Assembly (NCBI GenBank): GCA_049516875.1
Contig: JBEKSS010000006.1
Coordinates: 1-64,000 of the forward strand
Direction of reading: 5' to 3'
From: Candidatus Bathyarchaeia archaeon
GTDB taxonomy: Archaea > Thermoproteota > Bathyarchaeia > Bathyarchaeales > Bathycorpusculaceae
DNA: 64,000 nt
Shown here in pieces: positions 10,262-20,597 of this stretch; position 1 is the stretch's first letter, and every line of letters starts with the position of its first letter. The position numbers and the translations under genes are program-made. The notes under the pieces were generated by a model. It did not search any database. It saw only the letters and a list, made by a program, of their open reading frames with translations, and was not told the DNA's origin.

Positions 10262-10382
10262 TGCAGCGGGCCGGATTTGAACCGGCGAACCCCTACGGGA
10301 AAGGATGGCTCATAGGGGCTATTTCAGGCCAACAAAACCGATCTTGAGTCCTTCACCTTTGACCTGGCTTGGTTACCGCTGC
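10262..10382 (-). tRNA. tRNA-Leu(CAA) with a 36-nt intron at 37/38 (intron 10307-10342)
   Basis: Acceptor stem GCAGCGG/CCGCTGC+A; anticodon stem AAGGA/TCCTT with loop CT-CAA-G|A; long variable arm; T-loop GGTTCAAATCC; CCA not encoded. Confidence 0.95.
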
Positions 10383-10414
10383 GTACAGTAGAGATTTTCG
10401 CTCTTTCTTATTAA

Positions 10415-10768
10415 TCATTTCCCGCTTTCTTGAATTGCGAATGACCTGTATGCTTGGATGAATTCCTTGGCAAAGGTGTCCGCGTACTTTTCAGTTCCTC
10501 TGTGCTTTGCATCTTTGCCCGTTCTCAGGTGATGATAAAACTCATGCAGAATAACGAATGGATCTTTCAATGTGTCACTGTTCATAACTGAAATCGTTCT
10601 CCTATTTGCATTGTAACACCCTAAAGCCTTCGTCTTACGCCTCTTGGGCAGACCGACTTTCAAAATGGGGATTTCTACACCATGTTCTTGGGCGAGAATT
10701 TCCAGTGCCTTCTCGACTCTCCCGTTCAAGATCAGCCAGACAATCATCGCCTTGAACTTCTGTTCCAA
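10415..10768 (-). CDS. Small HEXXH zinc metalloprotease-like protein
   Basis: LGCY...FVILHEFYH...TEKYADTFA. Confidence 0.65.
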   Translation of the reverse strand: MEQKFKAMIVWLILNGRVEKALEILAQEHGVEIPILKVGLPKRRKTKALGCYNANRRTISVMNSDTLKDPFVILHEFYHHLRTGKDAKHRGTEKYADTFAKEFIQAYRSFAIQESGK

Positions 10769-11041
10769 TCTGGATTCCTACCCTGATTTGTGCTACAGGC
10801 AACTAATATCTTGCGCACGGGTCTTCTAGGATTTTCCGGTTCGACAGGGTACACTGAAACATGTGACAAAGTACAAAAAGTTTATTAGACAGCTACGTTG
10901 TTACGTTTCTAGCTCCTTAAATATTGGTGAGCATTTTTCAAGTCGGAATGACCTAACACTTGGAGGAAATTGAGAATTTGAGGAAACCCGCATCCAGACG
11001 ATCTCATTCATTCAGATTAAATGTGAAGTTGCGGGAGATGG

Positions 11042-14000
11042 TTGGGATTGGCTGAGGTATCGAATGAAGACACGCACTTGTTGCTAAACGCCTTCTTTAA
11101 GGATAAGGGTTTGGTACGCCAGCATCTGGACTCCTATAATGAGTTTATAGACCGCGGCCTGCAAGAAGTGATCGATGAAATAGGCGAAATTCCGATAGAA
11201 GTTCCTGAGAGCCCTTACAAAGTCAAGCTAGGTCAGATTTGGATTATAGATCCTCAGACTAGAATAACTGGGCCATACGTTACAGAAGTGGACGGCACGA
11301 AGCATGAGATCTATCCCATGGAAGCAAGACTCCGAAATCTAACTTATGCAGCGCCTGTAGCCCTTGAAATGACACCTGTCATAGACGGTAGGGAACAAGA
11401 CACCGAACTTGTCTATATTGGGAATATCCCTGTAATGCTTAAGTCGAAACTATGCTTCTTGTCTCAACTTTCAAGAGAAGAGCTGATAGCATGCGGTGAA
11501 GATCCTGATGACCCAGGCGGCTACTTTGTGGTTAACGGTTCAGAACGTGTAATAGTAGCCATGGAAGACCTGGCGCCGAACCGCATAATCGTAGACCTTG
11601 ACGAGAAAGGAGCAACGCCGGTCTATCAATCAAAGATATTCTCGACAACGGTTGGTTTCAGGGCAAGGATAGAATTGAAGATAAAGTCTGACGGAGCGAT
11701 ATACGTTTCAATCCCGGGAGTGCCCTCGGAAATTCCGTTCGTTGTATTGATGCGTGCCTTAGGACTGCAATCAGACAAGGAGATAGCTGAATCAATTTCT
11801 CTGGACAAGGAGATACAAGGCGCCTTAGAGCCTTCTTATGAAAAAGCCTTAGGAGTAGATAACGCAAAAGATGCAATCTTATTTGTAGGAAATCGTGTTG
11901 CACATGGGCAGGTAGAAGAATACCGCGTCCAAAAGGCTGAAGCTGCAATAGACAAGAACTTTTTGCCACACATAGGCAGAACGGATCAAACCAGAAGAGA
12001 CAAGGCATTGTTCTTGAGCGAAATGGCGTGCAGAGCAATTGAACTGCAGCTTGAAAGGCGAAAAACTGATGACAAGGACCACTTCAAGAACAAGCGGCTG
12101 AGGCTTGCGGGGCCTTTGCTTGCAGATCTCTTCAGGGTGGCCTTCAGAAACCTCACCCGAGACATTAAATATCAACTCGAACGTATCGGCGTGAAGGGGC
12201 CGATAATAACTGTTTCAGCGGCGGTGCGCCCTGGAATTATCGCAGAAAGATTTCAGCATGCGCTTGCAACAGGAAACTGGGGAAGAGGAAGAGTCGGCAT
12301 AACTCAGCTTCTGGACAGGACGAATCACATCTCCACGTTGAGCCATATGCGTAGACTGCAGTCACCGTTGAGCAGGAGCCAACCGAACTTTGAGGCAAGA
12401 GACCTGCATGCAACCCACTGGGGTCGCTTATGCCCCAACGAAACGCCTGAGGGCTCAAACTGTGGTCTGGTCAAGAACCTAGCATTGTCTGCAACTATCT
12501 CGGTTGGCATAAACCCGGATAAGATAAAGCAATTGCTGTTTGGTTCTGGTGTTCAGCCAGTACTCGAGGCAGATGAACGCTTGAGGCTTTCTGGCTCGAA
12601 AGTTTTTGTTGATGGAAACATAATTGGGTATTTTGGCTCGCCTGCTGAACTAGCTCGGGACTTTGTTGAAAGGAGAAGAAGAGGAGAAATATCGACCGAA
12701 GTCAACATAGCTTATTTCACAAAAGCCAAGGGCGAAAGAGAAGAATTGTACGTCAATTGTGACGAAGGAAGGGTCAGGCGTCCTCTTATAATCGTTGAAA
12801 ACGGTGTTCCCAAACTTCGACCCGAGCATGTGGAAAAGATAGCTTCGGGCGAATGGTCATGGGAGGACCTAGTGAAAAATGGTATCATCGAGTATCTAGA
12901 CGCTGAGGAAGAGGAAGACGCCTACATTGCCTTACACCCTAAAGAGCTAACCCCAGAACACACGCACTTGGAGATTGCAACGTACACAATTCTTGGCATC
13001 TGTGCCTCTACTATCCCCTATGCAGAACACAACCAATCACCACGCAATTCCTACCAAGCTGCAATGGCAAAGCAAGCCCTAGGGGTTTATGCGACAAATT
13101 TCCAGCAACGCGTGGACTCGCGTTCACACATTCTGCATTATCCGCAAGTGCCCATAGTTGAGACGGCTTTGATGGAGACAATGGGCTACAAGCTCCGGCC
13201 GTCAGGCCAGAACTGTGTCGTAGCTGTTCTCTCGTACGAAGGCTACAACATGGAAGACGCCTTGGTGTTCAACAAAGCCTCGATAGAGAGAGGTTTGGGC
13301 CGCTCAACCTTCTATCGTATATATGAGGCGGAGTGCCGTCAGTACCTCGGCGGATTAAAGGACAAGTTTACGTTGCCAGAGGCTGGAACACGGGGGTACA
13401 GAGGTGAACAGTATTATCGGCTGCTTGAGCCGGACGGAATAATCGGTCTTGAGGCAGGGGTTGCAGGTGGCGACGTCCTCATCGGCAGAATCAGCCCGCC
13501 CCGATTTCTTGAAGAATACAAGGAATTCGAGGTGAAAGGCCCTTCGATGCGCGACACTTCGGTGGACATGCGTCCTTCAGAAACCGGTATTGTTGACGCC
13601 ATCTTCATAACAGCATCGGGAGAAGGGAGCAAGCTGGTCAAGGTGAGAGTTCGTGACCAACGTATCCCAGAACTGGGCGACAAGTTTGCTTCTCGGCACG
13701 GACAGAAAGGTGTCATTGGCTTAGTAGTTCCTCAAGAAGACATGCCATTTACGGAAGATGGCATCGTTCCAGACATAATAGTCAATCCGCATGCTATCCC
13801 CTCAAGAATGACTGTCGGACAATTCATTGAATCAATCGCTGGAAAAGTGGCCTCCATGAGAGGTAGCCCTGTTGACGGAACTCCCTTCTCGAATGAAACG
13901 CCCGACCAACTTAGAAAAGAACTTGTCAAGCTGGGTTACAGCAACACTGGTAGCGAGGTCTTCTACAGCGGCGTTACAGGTGAGAAGTTCGTCGCGGACA

Positions 14001-14413
14001 TTTACGTCGGGGTCATACACTATCAGAAGCTGCATCACATGGTTGCCGACAAGATTCATGCAAGGGCCAGAGGACAAGTTCAGATGCTGACGAGGCAACC
14101 TACCGAGGGAAGAGCCAGAGGCGGGGGTCTGAGGTTCGGTGAAATGGAACGCGATTGCCTTATTGGTCATGGAGCCGCAATGCTTCTGAGAGACAGACTG
14201 CTGGAGGAGTCAGACAAATACACTCTCTACATCTGTGAAACTTGCGGACACATAGCCTACTATGACATGAAACAAAGAAAATATGCGTGCAAACTCTGCG
14301 AAGATAAATCGAAAATCTCTCCAGTCGTGGTCTCATACGCCTTTAAGCTTCTGCTACAAGAGTTGATGAGTCTTTGCATATCACCCAAATTAAAGCTCAA
14401 GGAGAAAGCGTAA
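11042..14413 (+). CDS. rpoB: DNA-directed RNA polymerase subunit B (Rpo2), unsplit
   Basis: GGYFVVNGSERV, GDKFASRHGQKG, GGLRFGEMERD, C-terminal Zn ribbon. Confidence 0.99.
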   Translation: MGLAEVSNEDTHLLLNAFFKDKGLVRQHLDSYNEFIDRGLQEVIDEIGEIPIEVPESPYKVKLGQIWIIDPQTRITGPYVTEVDGTKHEIYPMEARLRNLTYAAPVALEMTPVIDGREQDTELVYIGNIPVMLKSKLCFLSQLSREELIACGEDPDDPGGYFVVNGSERVIVAMEDLAPNRIIVDLDEKGATPVYQSKIFSTTVGFRARIELKIKSDGAIYVSIPGVPSEIPFVVLMRALGLQSDKEIAESISLDKEIQGALEPSYEKALGVDNAKDAILFVGNRVAHGQVEEYRVQKAEAAIDKNFLPHIGRTDQTRRDKALFLSEMACRAIELQLERRKTDDKDHFKNKRLRLAGPLLADLFRVAFRNLTRDIKYQLERIGVKGPIITVSAAVRPGIIAERFQHALATGNWGRGRVGITQLLDRTNHISTLSHMRRLQSPLSRSQPNFEARDLHATHWGRLCPNETPEGSNCGLVKNLALSATISVGINPDKIKQLLFGSGVQPVLEADERLRLSGSKVFVDGNIIGYFGSPAELARDFVERRRRGEISTEVNIAYFTKAKGEREELYVNCDEGRVRRPLIIVENGVPKLRPEHVEKIASGEWSWEDLVKNGIIEYLDAEEEEDAYIALHPKELTPEHTHLEIATYTILGICASTIPYAEHNQSPRNSYQAAMAKQALGVYATNFQQRVDSRSHILHYPQVPIVETALMETMGYKLRPSGQNCVVAVLSYEGYNMEDALVFNKASIERGLGRSTFYRIYEAECRQYLGGLKDKFTLPEAGTRGYRGEQYYRLLEPDGIIGLEAGVAGGDVLIGRISPPRFLEEYKEFEVKGPSMRDTSVDMRPSETGIVDAIFITASGEGSKLVKVRVRDQRIPELGDKFASRHGQKGVIGLVVPQEDMPFTEDGIVPDIIVNPHAIPSRMTVGQFIESIAGKVASMRGSPVDGTPFSNETPDQLRKELVKLGYSNTGSEVFYSGVTGEKFVADIYVGVIHYQKLHHMVADKIHARARGQVQMLTRQPTEGRARGGGLRFGEMERDCLIGHGAAMLLRDRLLEESDKYTLYICETCGHIAYYDMKQRKYACKLCEDKSKISPVVVSYAFKLLLQELMSLCISPKLKLKEKA

Positions 14414-14414
14414 C

Positions 14415-17400
14415 ATGGCTGTTGAAGAAATAATCCATAAGGTCATAGACGAAATTCATTTTGGCCTGTTTTCGCCGCAGGACGTGCGCAAGCTTTCAGT
14501 TGTGGAGGTCCAGACACCCGACACTTACGACGAAGACGGCGCGCCAATCACGGCTGGGTTGATGGATGGTAGACTTGGAACCCTTGAGCCAAGACAGAGA
14601 TGTAAGACATGTGGCAACACAGCGATTCGCTGTCCAGGCCATTTCGGCCACATAGAACTCGCAGTTCCGATAATACACATAGAATTTACAAAGATAATGT
14701 ATGATCTTCTCAAGTCTACTTGTCGGAATTGCGGGCGCATACTGCTTCCTGATGAGACCATTAAGAAAGTTCAAGCGAGGGTTGAAAAGACTCGGGAGCT
14801 CTTGGGTCTGGTTCCGGATGAGGTTTTTAAAACGATTATGCAAGAGACAAAGAGGAAGCAATGTCCTCACTGCGCGGCTGTGCAGTTCAAGATAACTTTC
14901 GAGAAGCCCACGAAATTCAGCGAGCAAATCCCCGAAAGCGGTTCAGAACCCTTGACGCCAAGCATGGTTCGGGAGAGAATGGAGCGTATACCAAACGAGG
15001 ACCTTCAACTATTAGGGTTTAATCCAGAAACTGCCAGGCCGGAATGGATGGTTCTGCAAGTTCTGCCAGTTCCTCCTGTTTATGTTCGTCCATCGATAAC
15101 GTTGGAATCAGGCATCCGTTCAGAAGACGACTTGACACATAAACTTGTGGATATAATTCGAATCAACCAAAGACTGAAGGAAAACATGGATGCAGGAGCT
15201 CCAACACTCATAATCCAAGATCTATCAGAGCTTTTGCAGTACCACGTGACAACATACTTCAACAACGAAGCCTCCGGAATACCGCCGGCGAGGCACCGCT
15301 CTGGACGAGCACTGAAGACTCTTTCACAAAGACTAAAAGGAAAGGAAGGAAGGTTCAGGAGCAACCTTTCAGGCAAAAGAGTGGATTTCTCAGCGCGGAC
15401 AGTGGTCTCTCCTGATCCGAATCTCGACATAAATGAAGTCGGTGTCCCGCTGGAAATTGCCATGCGCTTGTCTGTTCCTGAAAAGGTCACCGAATGGAAT
15501 ATTGAAGAAATGCGAAAACTTGTCGGTAACGGACCTGAGAAGTACCCTGGCGCCCTTTACATCATCAGGCCGGACGGCAAACGGATAAGGCTTGAGTTTG
15601 TTGTTGATAGAGAAAAGATTGCTGAGGCCATTGAATTAGGCTTCGTGGTGGAAAGGCATCTTAGAAATGGTGACATTGCCATTTTCAATCGTCAACCTTC
15701 GCTTCACCGGATGTCAATAATGGCACATTATGTACGCGTGTTACCCTACAAGACGTTCCGTCTGCATCTATGTGTCTGTCCTCCATACAACGCGGACTTC
15801 GACGGAGACGAAATGAACTTGCACGTGCCTCAAAGCGAGGAAGCAAGAACAGAGGCACTTCTGCTTATGCAGGTTCAAGATCAAATCTTATCTCCTAGGT
15901 TCGGAGGTCCAATAATAGGTGCTATACGGGATTTCATAACTTCTGCGTATTTGTTAACGAGAAAGTCAAACTACTTGACGCGAAACGAAGTCAATAAGCT
16001 GTTGTTGGCAGCGAAATACGAGGGCATTTTGCCCGAACCAAAGATTAAAGCGCCTCAACCGCTCTGGAGCGGGAAACAGATTTTCAGCCTGTTCCTGCCG
16101 AAGGACATGAACTACATTTTGAAGGCAAACATCTGTCAAGGATGCGTAAAATGTTTGGAAGAGGAATGCCAATACGATGCCTACGTGACCGTGAAGAACG
16201 GTGAACTAGTGAGCGGAGTTATAGATAGACGATCGATAGGGGCTGAGCAATCTGAAAGTCTTCTGCACAGGATAATAAAGGATTATGGAACCCAGGCTGG
16301 AAGAGAGTTTCTTAACAAAATAACGAGGATGTTGAAGCTTTTCATATCGATGCGAGGTTTCACTTATTCATACGACGAACTAGTTTTGTCTCCGAAGGCC
16401 GAAGACAGAATAGGAAAAACCATGGAAAGGATAGAGAAGAAAATAGAGGAGTTGATTGAAAGCTATCGCAAAGGCACGCTGCCTAGGCTTCCTGGCCAAA
16501 CGATTGAAGACTCGTTTGAAATATACGTGATGAATGAACTGGCAAAGGCAAGAGACGAATCTGGGAAAATAGCTGATGAGGACTTCACTTTGGAAAACTC
16601 GGGCATAGTAATGACACGGACAGGTGCAAGAGGTTCAAGCCTGAACATCGGCCAAATAAGTGCGTGCGTGGGACAGCAAGCTGTACGTGGAAAGAGGATT
16701 CTGCGCGGATATGTAGATCGCGCTTTGCCACACTTCAAGGCTGGAGATCAACGTCCAAAAGCGAGGGGTTTCGTTTACTCGTCGTATCAACATGGACTCG
16801 ACGTCATCGAGTTCTTCTTCCACGCGATGGGTGGAAGAGAAGGTCTGGTTGACACAGCTGTTAGAACTCAGCAGAGCGGATACATGCAAAGAAGACTGAT
16901 AAACGCGCTTGAACACATACGCTTGGAATATGATGAGACGGTGAGAAACTCTGCTGGCGACATAATTCAATTCCAATACGGGGAAGACGGTGTTGACCCC
17001 GCCAAGAGCGACCATGGAAAGGCCGTGAACGTAAGCCGTCTTGTTGACCAAATCAGAATCGCTAAGGAGAAAGGAAGACCTGCATCAGCTGAATTCATCA
17101 GAAAGGAATTGAAAAAGGTTGAAAGTCAACTCACGCCCATTCTCATGGACGAGCTTAAGCAGAACTTGGTCAAGTACAAGTTGAATACGGCGAGCGTTGA
17201 GAAAGCAATCAGGTTGACTGTTGAACACTACAAACGTGCTCTGATGGAGCCAGGTGAGGCTGTGGGCATAGTTGCAGCACAATCAATCGGTGAACCAGGC
17301 ACTCAGATGACGCTGAGGACATTCCACTACGCTGGAGTCAAGGAGCAGAACGTGACCTTAGGCCTGCCGAGACTGATTGAAATAGTTGACGCTAGGAGAA

Positions 17401-18236
17401 TTCCATCGACTCCGGTGATGACGATCTATCTGAGTCCTGAATGTAGGAAGAATCGGGAAGCTGCAGTGAAGATTGCCCGCGACATAATCTATACTACTCT
17501 GGAGAACGTGGCTGAAGCGGTCTACATAGACCCCGTGCATGACGAGATAGTGATTGAACCTAACAAGACTATGATGGAAGATCGTGCAATAACGATGCAG
17601 GAGCTGAAGGACAGACTACAAATACCTAATTGCACCACAAAGGCAAAGGGAAACAGCATACGTGTACAGCCTAAGAAGGTCGAAACAATCAAGAAACTGC
17701 TTGGCAAAGTCTCTGTGTTCCACGTTAAAGGTGTTCCTGGGATAAAACGGGTGCTGGTCAGCGAGGAGCATGGAGAATGGGTCATCAACACAGATGGGTC
17801 AAACCTGCCTAAGGTTTTGGAAGTTCCCGGCGTAGATACTTCAAGGACAACAACGAACAACGTCCATGAAATCGCCAAGACCATAGGGATTGAAGCTTCT
17901 AGGAACGCTTTGATGCATGAAGCCAAAGGCGTTTTGGAAGAACAAGGATTAGACGTTGATAATCGCCACGTGATGCTTGTTGCAGACATGATGACGTCCA
18001 CTGGCGAGGTTCAACAAATTGGCAGACATGGTATAAGCGGAAAGAAATCAAGTGTCTTGGCCAGGGCCGCCTTTGAGATAACGGTTCCAAACATTGTTGA
18101 GGCAGCCGTCAAGGGAGAAAGCGACCCGCTGGCAGGCGTGACCGAAAACGTAATAGTCGGTCAGTCAATACCGATTGGCACAGGGCTCGTTGAGCTGTTC
18201 ATGTCAACGTTCGAAAAGAAGGAGACGAAGAAATGA
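14415..18236 (+). CDS. rpoA1: DNA-directed RNA polymerase subunit A'/A'' fused (Rpo1)
   Basis: NADFDGD catalytic motif, plus the A'' motifs GEPGTQMTLRTFH and ENVIVGQ in the same 1273-aa ORF. Confidence 0.98.
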   Translation: MAVEEIIHKVIDEIHFGLFSPQDVRKLSVVEVQTPDTYDEDGAPITAGLMDGRLGTLEPRQRCKTCGNTAIRCPGHFGHIELAVPIIHIEFTKIMYDLLKSTCRNCGRILLPDETIKKVQARVEKTRELLGLVPDEVFKTIMQETKRKQCPHCAAVQFKITFEKPTKFSEQIPESGSEPLTPSMVRERMERIPNEDLQLLGFNPETARPEWMVLQVLPVPPVYVRPSITLESGIRSEDDLTHKLVDIIRINQRLKENMDAGAPTLIIQDLSELLQYHVTTYFNNEASGIPPARHRSGRALKTLSQRLKGKEGRFRSNLSGKRVDFSARTVVSPDPNLDINEVGVPLEIAMRLSVPEKVTEWNIEEMRKLVGNGPEKYPGALYIIRPDGKRIRLEFVVDREKIAEAIELGFVVERHLRNGDIAIFNRQPSLHRMSIMAHYVRVLPYKTFRLHLCVCPPYNADFDGDEMNLHVPQSEEARTEALLLMQVQDQILSPRFGGPIIGAIRDFITSAYLLTRKSNYLTRNEVNKLLLAAKYEGILPEPKIKAPQPLWSGKQIFSLFLPKDMNYILKANICQGCVKCLEEECQYDAYVTVKNGELVSGVIDRRSIGAEQSESLLHRIIKDYGTQAGREFLNKITRMLKLFISMRGFTYSYDELVLSPKAEDRIGKTMERIEKKIEELIESYRKGTLPRLPGQTIEDSFEIYVMNELAKARDESGKIADEDFTLENSGIVMTRTGARGSSLNIGQISACVGQQAVRGKRILRGYVDRALPHFKAGDQRPKARGFVYSSYQHGLDVIEFFFHAMGGREGLVDTAVRTQQSGYMQRRLINALEHIRLEYDETVRNSAGDIIQFQYGEDGVDPAKSDHGKAVNVSRLVDQIRIAKEKGRPASAEFIRKELKKVESQLTPILMDELKQNLVKYKLNTASVEKAIRLTVEHYKRALMEPGEAVGIVAAQSIGEPGTQMTLRTFHYAGVKEQNVTLGLPRLIEIVDARRIPSTPVMTIYLSPECRKNREAAVKIARDIIYTTLENVAEAVYIDPVHDEIVIEPNKTMMEDRAITMQELKDRLQIPNCTTKAKGNSIRVQPKKVETIKKLLGKVSVFHVKGVPGIKRVLVSEEHGEWVINTDGSNLPKVLEVPGVDTSRTTTNNVHEIAKTIGIEASRNALMHEAKGVLEEQGLDVDNRHVMLVADMMTSTGEVQQIGRHGISGKKSSVLARAAFEITVPNIVEAAVKGESDPLAGVTENVIVGQSIPIGTGLVELFMSTFEKKETKK

Positions 18237-18568
18237 TAGACATAGACAAGGCAATTTCAACAGCGGTAAAAACCGGCAAGGTTTCTCTCGGAGCAAGCTC
18301 CGCCGTACAAAACGCTCAAACAGGCAAAGCTAAACTCATAATCCTAGCCGGAAATTGTCCAGAAAGCGTTCGTGCAGACGTAGAGTATTATTCTAAGCTC
18401 TCAAAAGTTCCACTGATAATCTATAAGGGTTCATCCTTGGACTTGGCTGCTGTGTGCGGCAAACCCTTCAGCGTCTCAGCGTTAAGTATAAGAGAGCAAG
18501 GCGACTCAGAAATCCTGAAGTTAACGGAAACCACTGAACCTCAGGAACCCAGTGGAGGAAATGAATGA
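18233..18568 (+). CDS. rpl30e: 50S ribosomal protein L30e
   Basis: AVKTGKV.LG...CGKPFSVSALSI; canonical position after rpoA. Confidence 0.95.
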   Translation: MIDIDKAISTAVKTGKVSLGASSAVQNAQTGKAKLIILAGNCPESVRADVEYYSKLSKVPLIIYKGSSLDLAAVCGKPFSVSALSIREQGDSEILKLTETTEPQEPSGGNE

Positions 18569-19002
18569 CTACCGGAATAAAGTTCACGAGCACAGAAATG
18601 CGATACATCGCACTTTTTGAAAGCATAACCAGCGCAAGCGTCAAAGACTGCATAATCGACGAAGAGCAGGGACGAGTGCTCTACGTTGTCGGGCAAGGCC
18701 AAGTCGGCGTTGCGATTGGAAGAGGTGGGAGAAACATTCACACTCTAGAGAGGATGACTGGGAAGAAACACGAAATAATCGAGTATGCGGAAGAACCTGC
18801 ACAGTTCATCAAGAACGCTTTGAAACCGGCGTTAGTCAAAGAAGTTCGCTTGACTGAAAGGCCTGATGGCAAAACAATAGCGGTTGTGGCTGTGAACCCC
18901 AAGGACAAAGGCGTTGCCATAGGAAAGAACGGCAGAAACGCCGAACGGTTGCGTTTCTTGGTTAAGAGATACTTCCAAATACAAAACGTCAGCATAACAT
19001 AG
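18565..19002 (+). CDS. nusA: Archaeal NusA
   Basis: Two KH domains (AIGRGGRN, AIGKNGRN). Confidence 0.95.
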   Translation: MTTGIKFTSTEMRYIALFESITSASVKDCIIDEEQGRVLYVVGQGQVGVAIGRGGRNIHTLERMTGKKHEIIEYAEEPAQFIKNALKPALVKEVRLTERPDGKTIAVVAVNPKDKGVAIGKNGRNAERLRFLVKRYFQIQNVSIT

Positions 19003-19021
19003 ACCCAAAGAAGGTTACATT

Positions 19022-19201
19022 ATGAAAAGGCCCGGGGTGCTTGCTGTATGCTCTCTGTTCTTGGTGTTTGCCTTAGTCAGAGTTGTTCATGCTGCAGATG
19101 AAACATTTGGCGAGCAGTTCTTAGGCAGTCCGCTACTCATCCTTGTCGCTGTAATGATTGTTGCTGCCTTGGCTTCTTTGTATCACAGGATAAGAAAGTA
19201 G
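19022..19201 (+). CDS. Small secreted/membrane protein, 59 aa (not in ORF track)
   Basis: MKRPGVLAVCSLFLVFALVRVVHA-ADETFGEQFLGSPLLILVAVMIVAALASLYHRIRK*: signal peptide, TM helix and basic tail. Confidence 0.65.
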   Translation: MKRPGVLAVCSLFLVFALVRVVHAADETFGEQFLGSPLLILVAVMIVAALASLYHRIRK

Positions 19202-19213
19202 AAAGCGAAAAAG

Positions 19214-19774
19214 CTATGATTCAGTTCTCAGAAGCAGATCCACAAGCGCGTTTTGGTCTACTTCCGCGCGTGTTCTCCAGTCTAGGTACAATTGCTCGTT
19301 CTCGTCTTCGGCCAAGTACCCGTATCTAACATATCTGTCAATGTTGATGCCGACTTTCCATCCAGGAAGTTTTTCCCGTAGCAGTTCTTCAACTTCCTTT
19401 CTCGAGGATTTCCCTTTCTTAGATATTATGTAAGCAATAGCGATTGCAAGTCCTGCAAGGTCGTCTATTCGCCAACCTATCATTTTTGTTTCTTTTGGCG
19501 TCAGTTCCCCCCGTAATTCTATGAGGAATCTGGCTTTGTCCAACTGTTCCTGAGTAGGTTTTTCGACTTGTTTTTCTTCTTCGAAAACAGTTTTGACTTG
19601 CAGGTCCAGCGGTTTCAAGTAGTCATCCAAGATTTTCAGAACTTTTATGTAATCAGCGCCTATTGTTTTTTGAAGCTCCCATCCCTTGACTCCGGGTTTT
19701 TTGTGCCTTTTGTAAAATAGCATGTGGGTGGTTCTTTTGAGCTTGCTTGCATAGTAAGCCTTCCTTTTACTCAC
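19214..19774 (-). CDS. Putative KITE subunit (tandem winged helix, Nse1/Nse3/ScpB-like)
   Basis: LAGLAIAIAYIISKKG...EVEELL...YGYL...LYLDWRTRAEV; third gene of the SMC operon. Confidence 0.6.
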   Translation of the reverse strand: MSKRKAYYASKLKRTTHMLFYKRHKKPGVKGWELQKTIGADYIKVLKILDDYLKPLDLQVKTVFEEEKQVEKPTQEQLDKARFLIELRGELTPKETKMIGWRIDDLAGLAIAIAYIISKKGKSSRKEVEELLREKLPGWKVGINIDRYVRYGYLAEDENEQLYLDWRTRAEVDQNALVDLLLRTES

Positions 19775-19775
19775 T

Positions 19776-20597
19776 CTATGTCCCCTTCTTCCATTTCTCC
19801 CAGTCTTCTGCGGTCAGGGCTATTGGAATCGACACCAATTGTTTGTTGCCGGTTCTAATCACTGGTTTTTCATAAGGCACTATGAACATTTCTTCTTCTA
19901 ACGGATGAATTTCCAACGTTGCGTAGCCGTACGTGACCAAAAAGCTTGTCATGAAGGCTCTGTTCACAGTCTCCTTGTAGGTCTCCGCATAGACAAAACT
20001 CTGGTACCGAATCTTTCCGTTCTCACCTTTTTTAGCAACTTCGTTCTTCAGTTCTTGCCAAAAGTTGTCCAATTCTTGGGAAAAGGTCTTGTCACGCAAG
20101 ATTCTCTGATTGACGAGTTCTTCCCTAGTTGCAGTGCCTGACCCGATTTCTGTCGGAGTCATTTCATTCCATCTTTCATTCAGCGGAACTAAGCTTTCCC
20201 AGTATCTCAGTGCCTCTGCCAGACTTTGAATTGAGATCTGCTCTAACTCAACTATTGGATGCCAAACCTTAACGAAGGTCCTAACGATGTCCACCTTTTC
20301 TAGGCGTCTGATTTTCTCGTCCAGCAGAAACGGATCTGCGTAGAGCGTTGTTGAGCGGTGTTTGACCCATTCGCTCTGAAGCGTTATGACGGAAGCCAGC
20401 TGATGTATTGTTTCAGCGTCCAAACACAAGTCTTCGGGAATCTTCCATTCTGGAAAGTATTTTTTTACTGTGTCTATGTTGTCTTTGACGTCTACAAGGA
20501 ACGGGTCAAGTGAGCGTCCTTCAATGGATTTACATGTTTCGATTATGCGTTGAAGTTTCTCTCTGCCGAGCTTTTTCTGCTCTTTCTCAGGAAGCAT
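19776..20597 (-). CDS. Putative kleisin (ScpA/Nse4-like)
   Basis: N-terminal LDPFLVDV (cf. ScpA DPWDID); C-terminal winged helix ETVNRAFMTSFLVTYGYATLEI...EEMFI; start overlaps the SMC stop. Confidence 0.65.
   Translation of the reverse strand: MLPEKEQKKLGREKLQRIIETCKSIEGRSLDPFLVDVKDNIDTVKKYFPEWKIPEDLCLDAETIHQLASVITLQSEWVKHRSTTLYADPFLLDEKIRRLEKVDIVRTFVKVWHPIVELEQISIQSLAEALRYWESLVPLNERWNEMTPTEIGSGTATREELVNQRILRDKTFSQELDNFWQELKNEVAKKGENGKIRYQSFVYAETYKETVNRAFMTSFLVTYGYATLEIHPLEEEMFIVPYEKPVIRTGNKQLVSIPIALTAEDWEKWKKGT

Noticed and set aside
9780-10262. Integrated element at the tRNA-Leu 3' end
   Set aside because: No duplicated tRNA 3' fragment (att site) or integrase was found nearby
11042-18236. 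Inteins in the RNA polymerase subunits
   Set aside because: Lengths are normal; no Cys...His-Asn splice motifs or LAGLIDADG inserts
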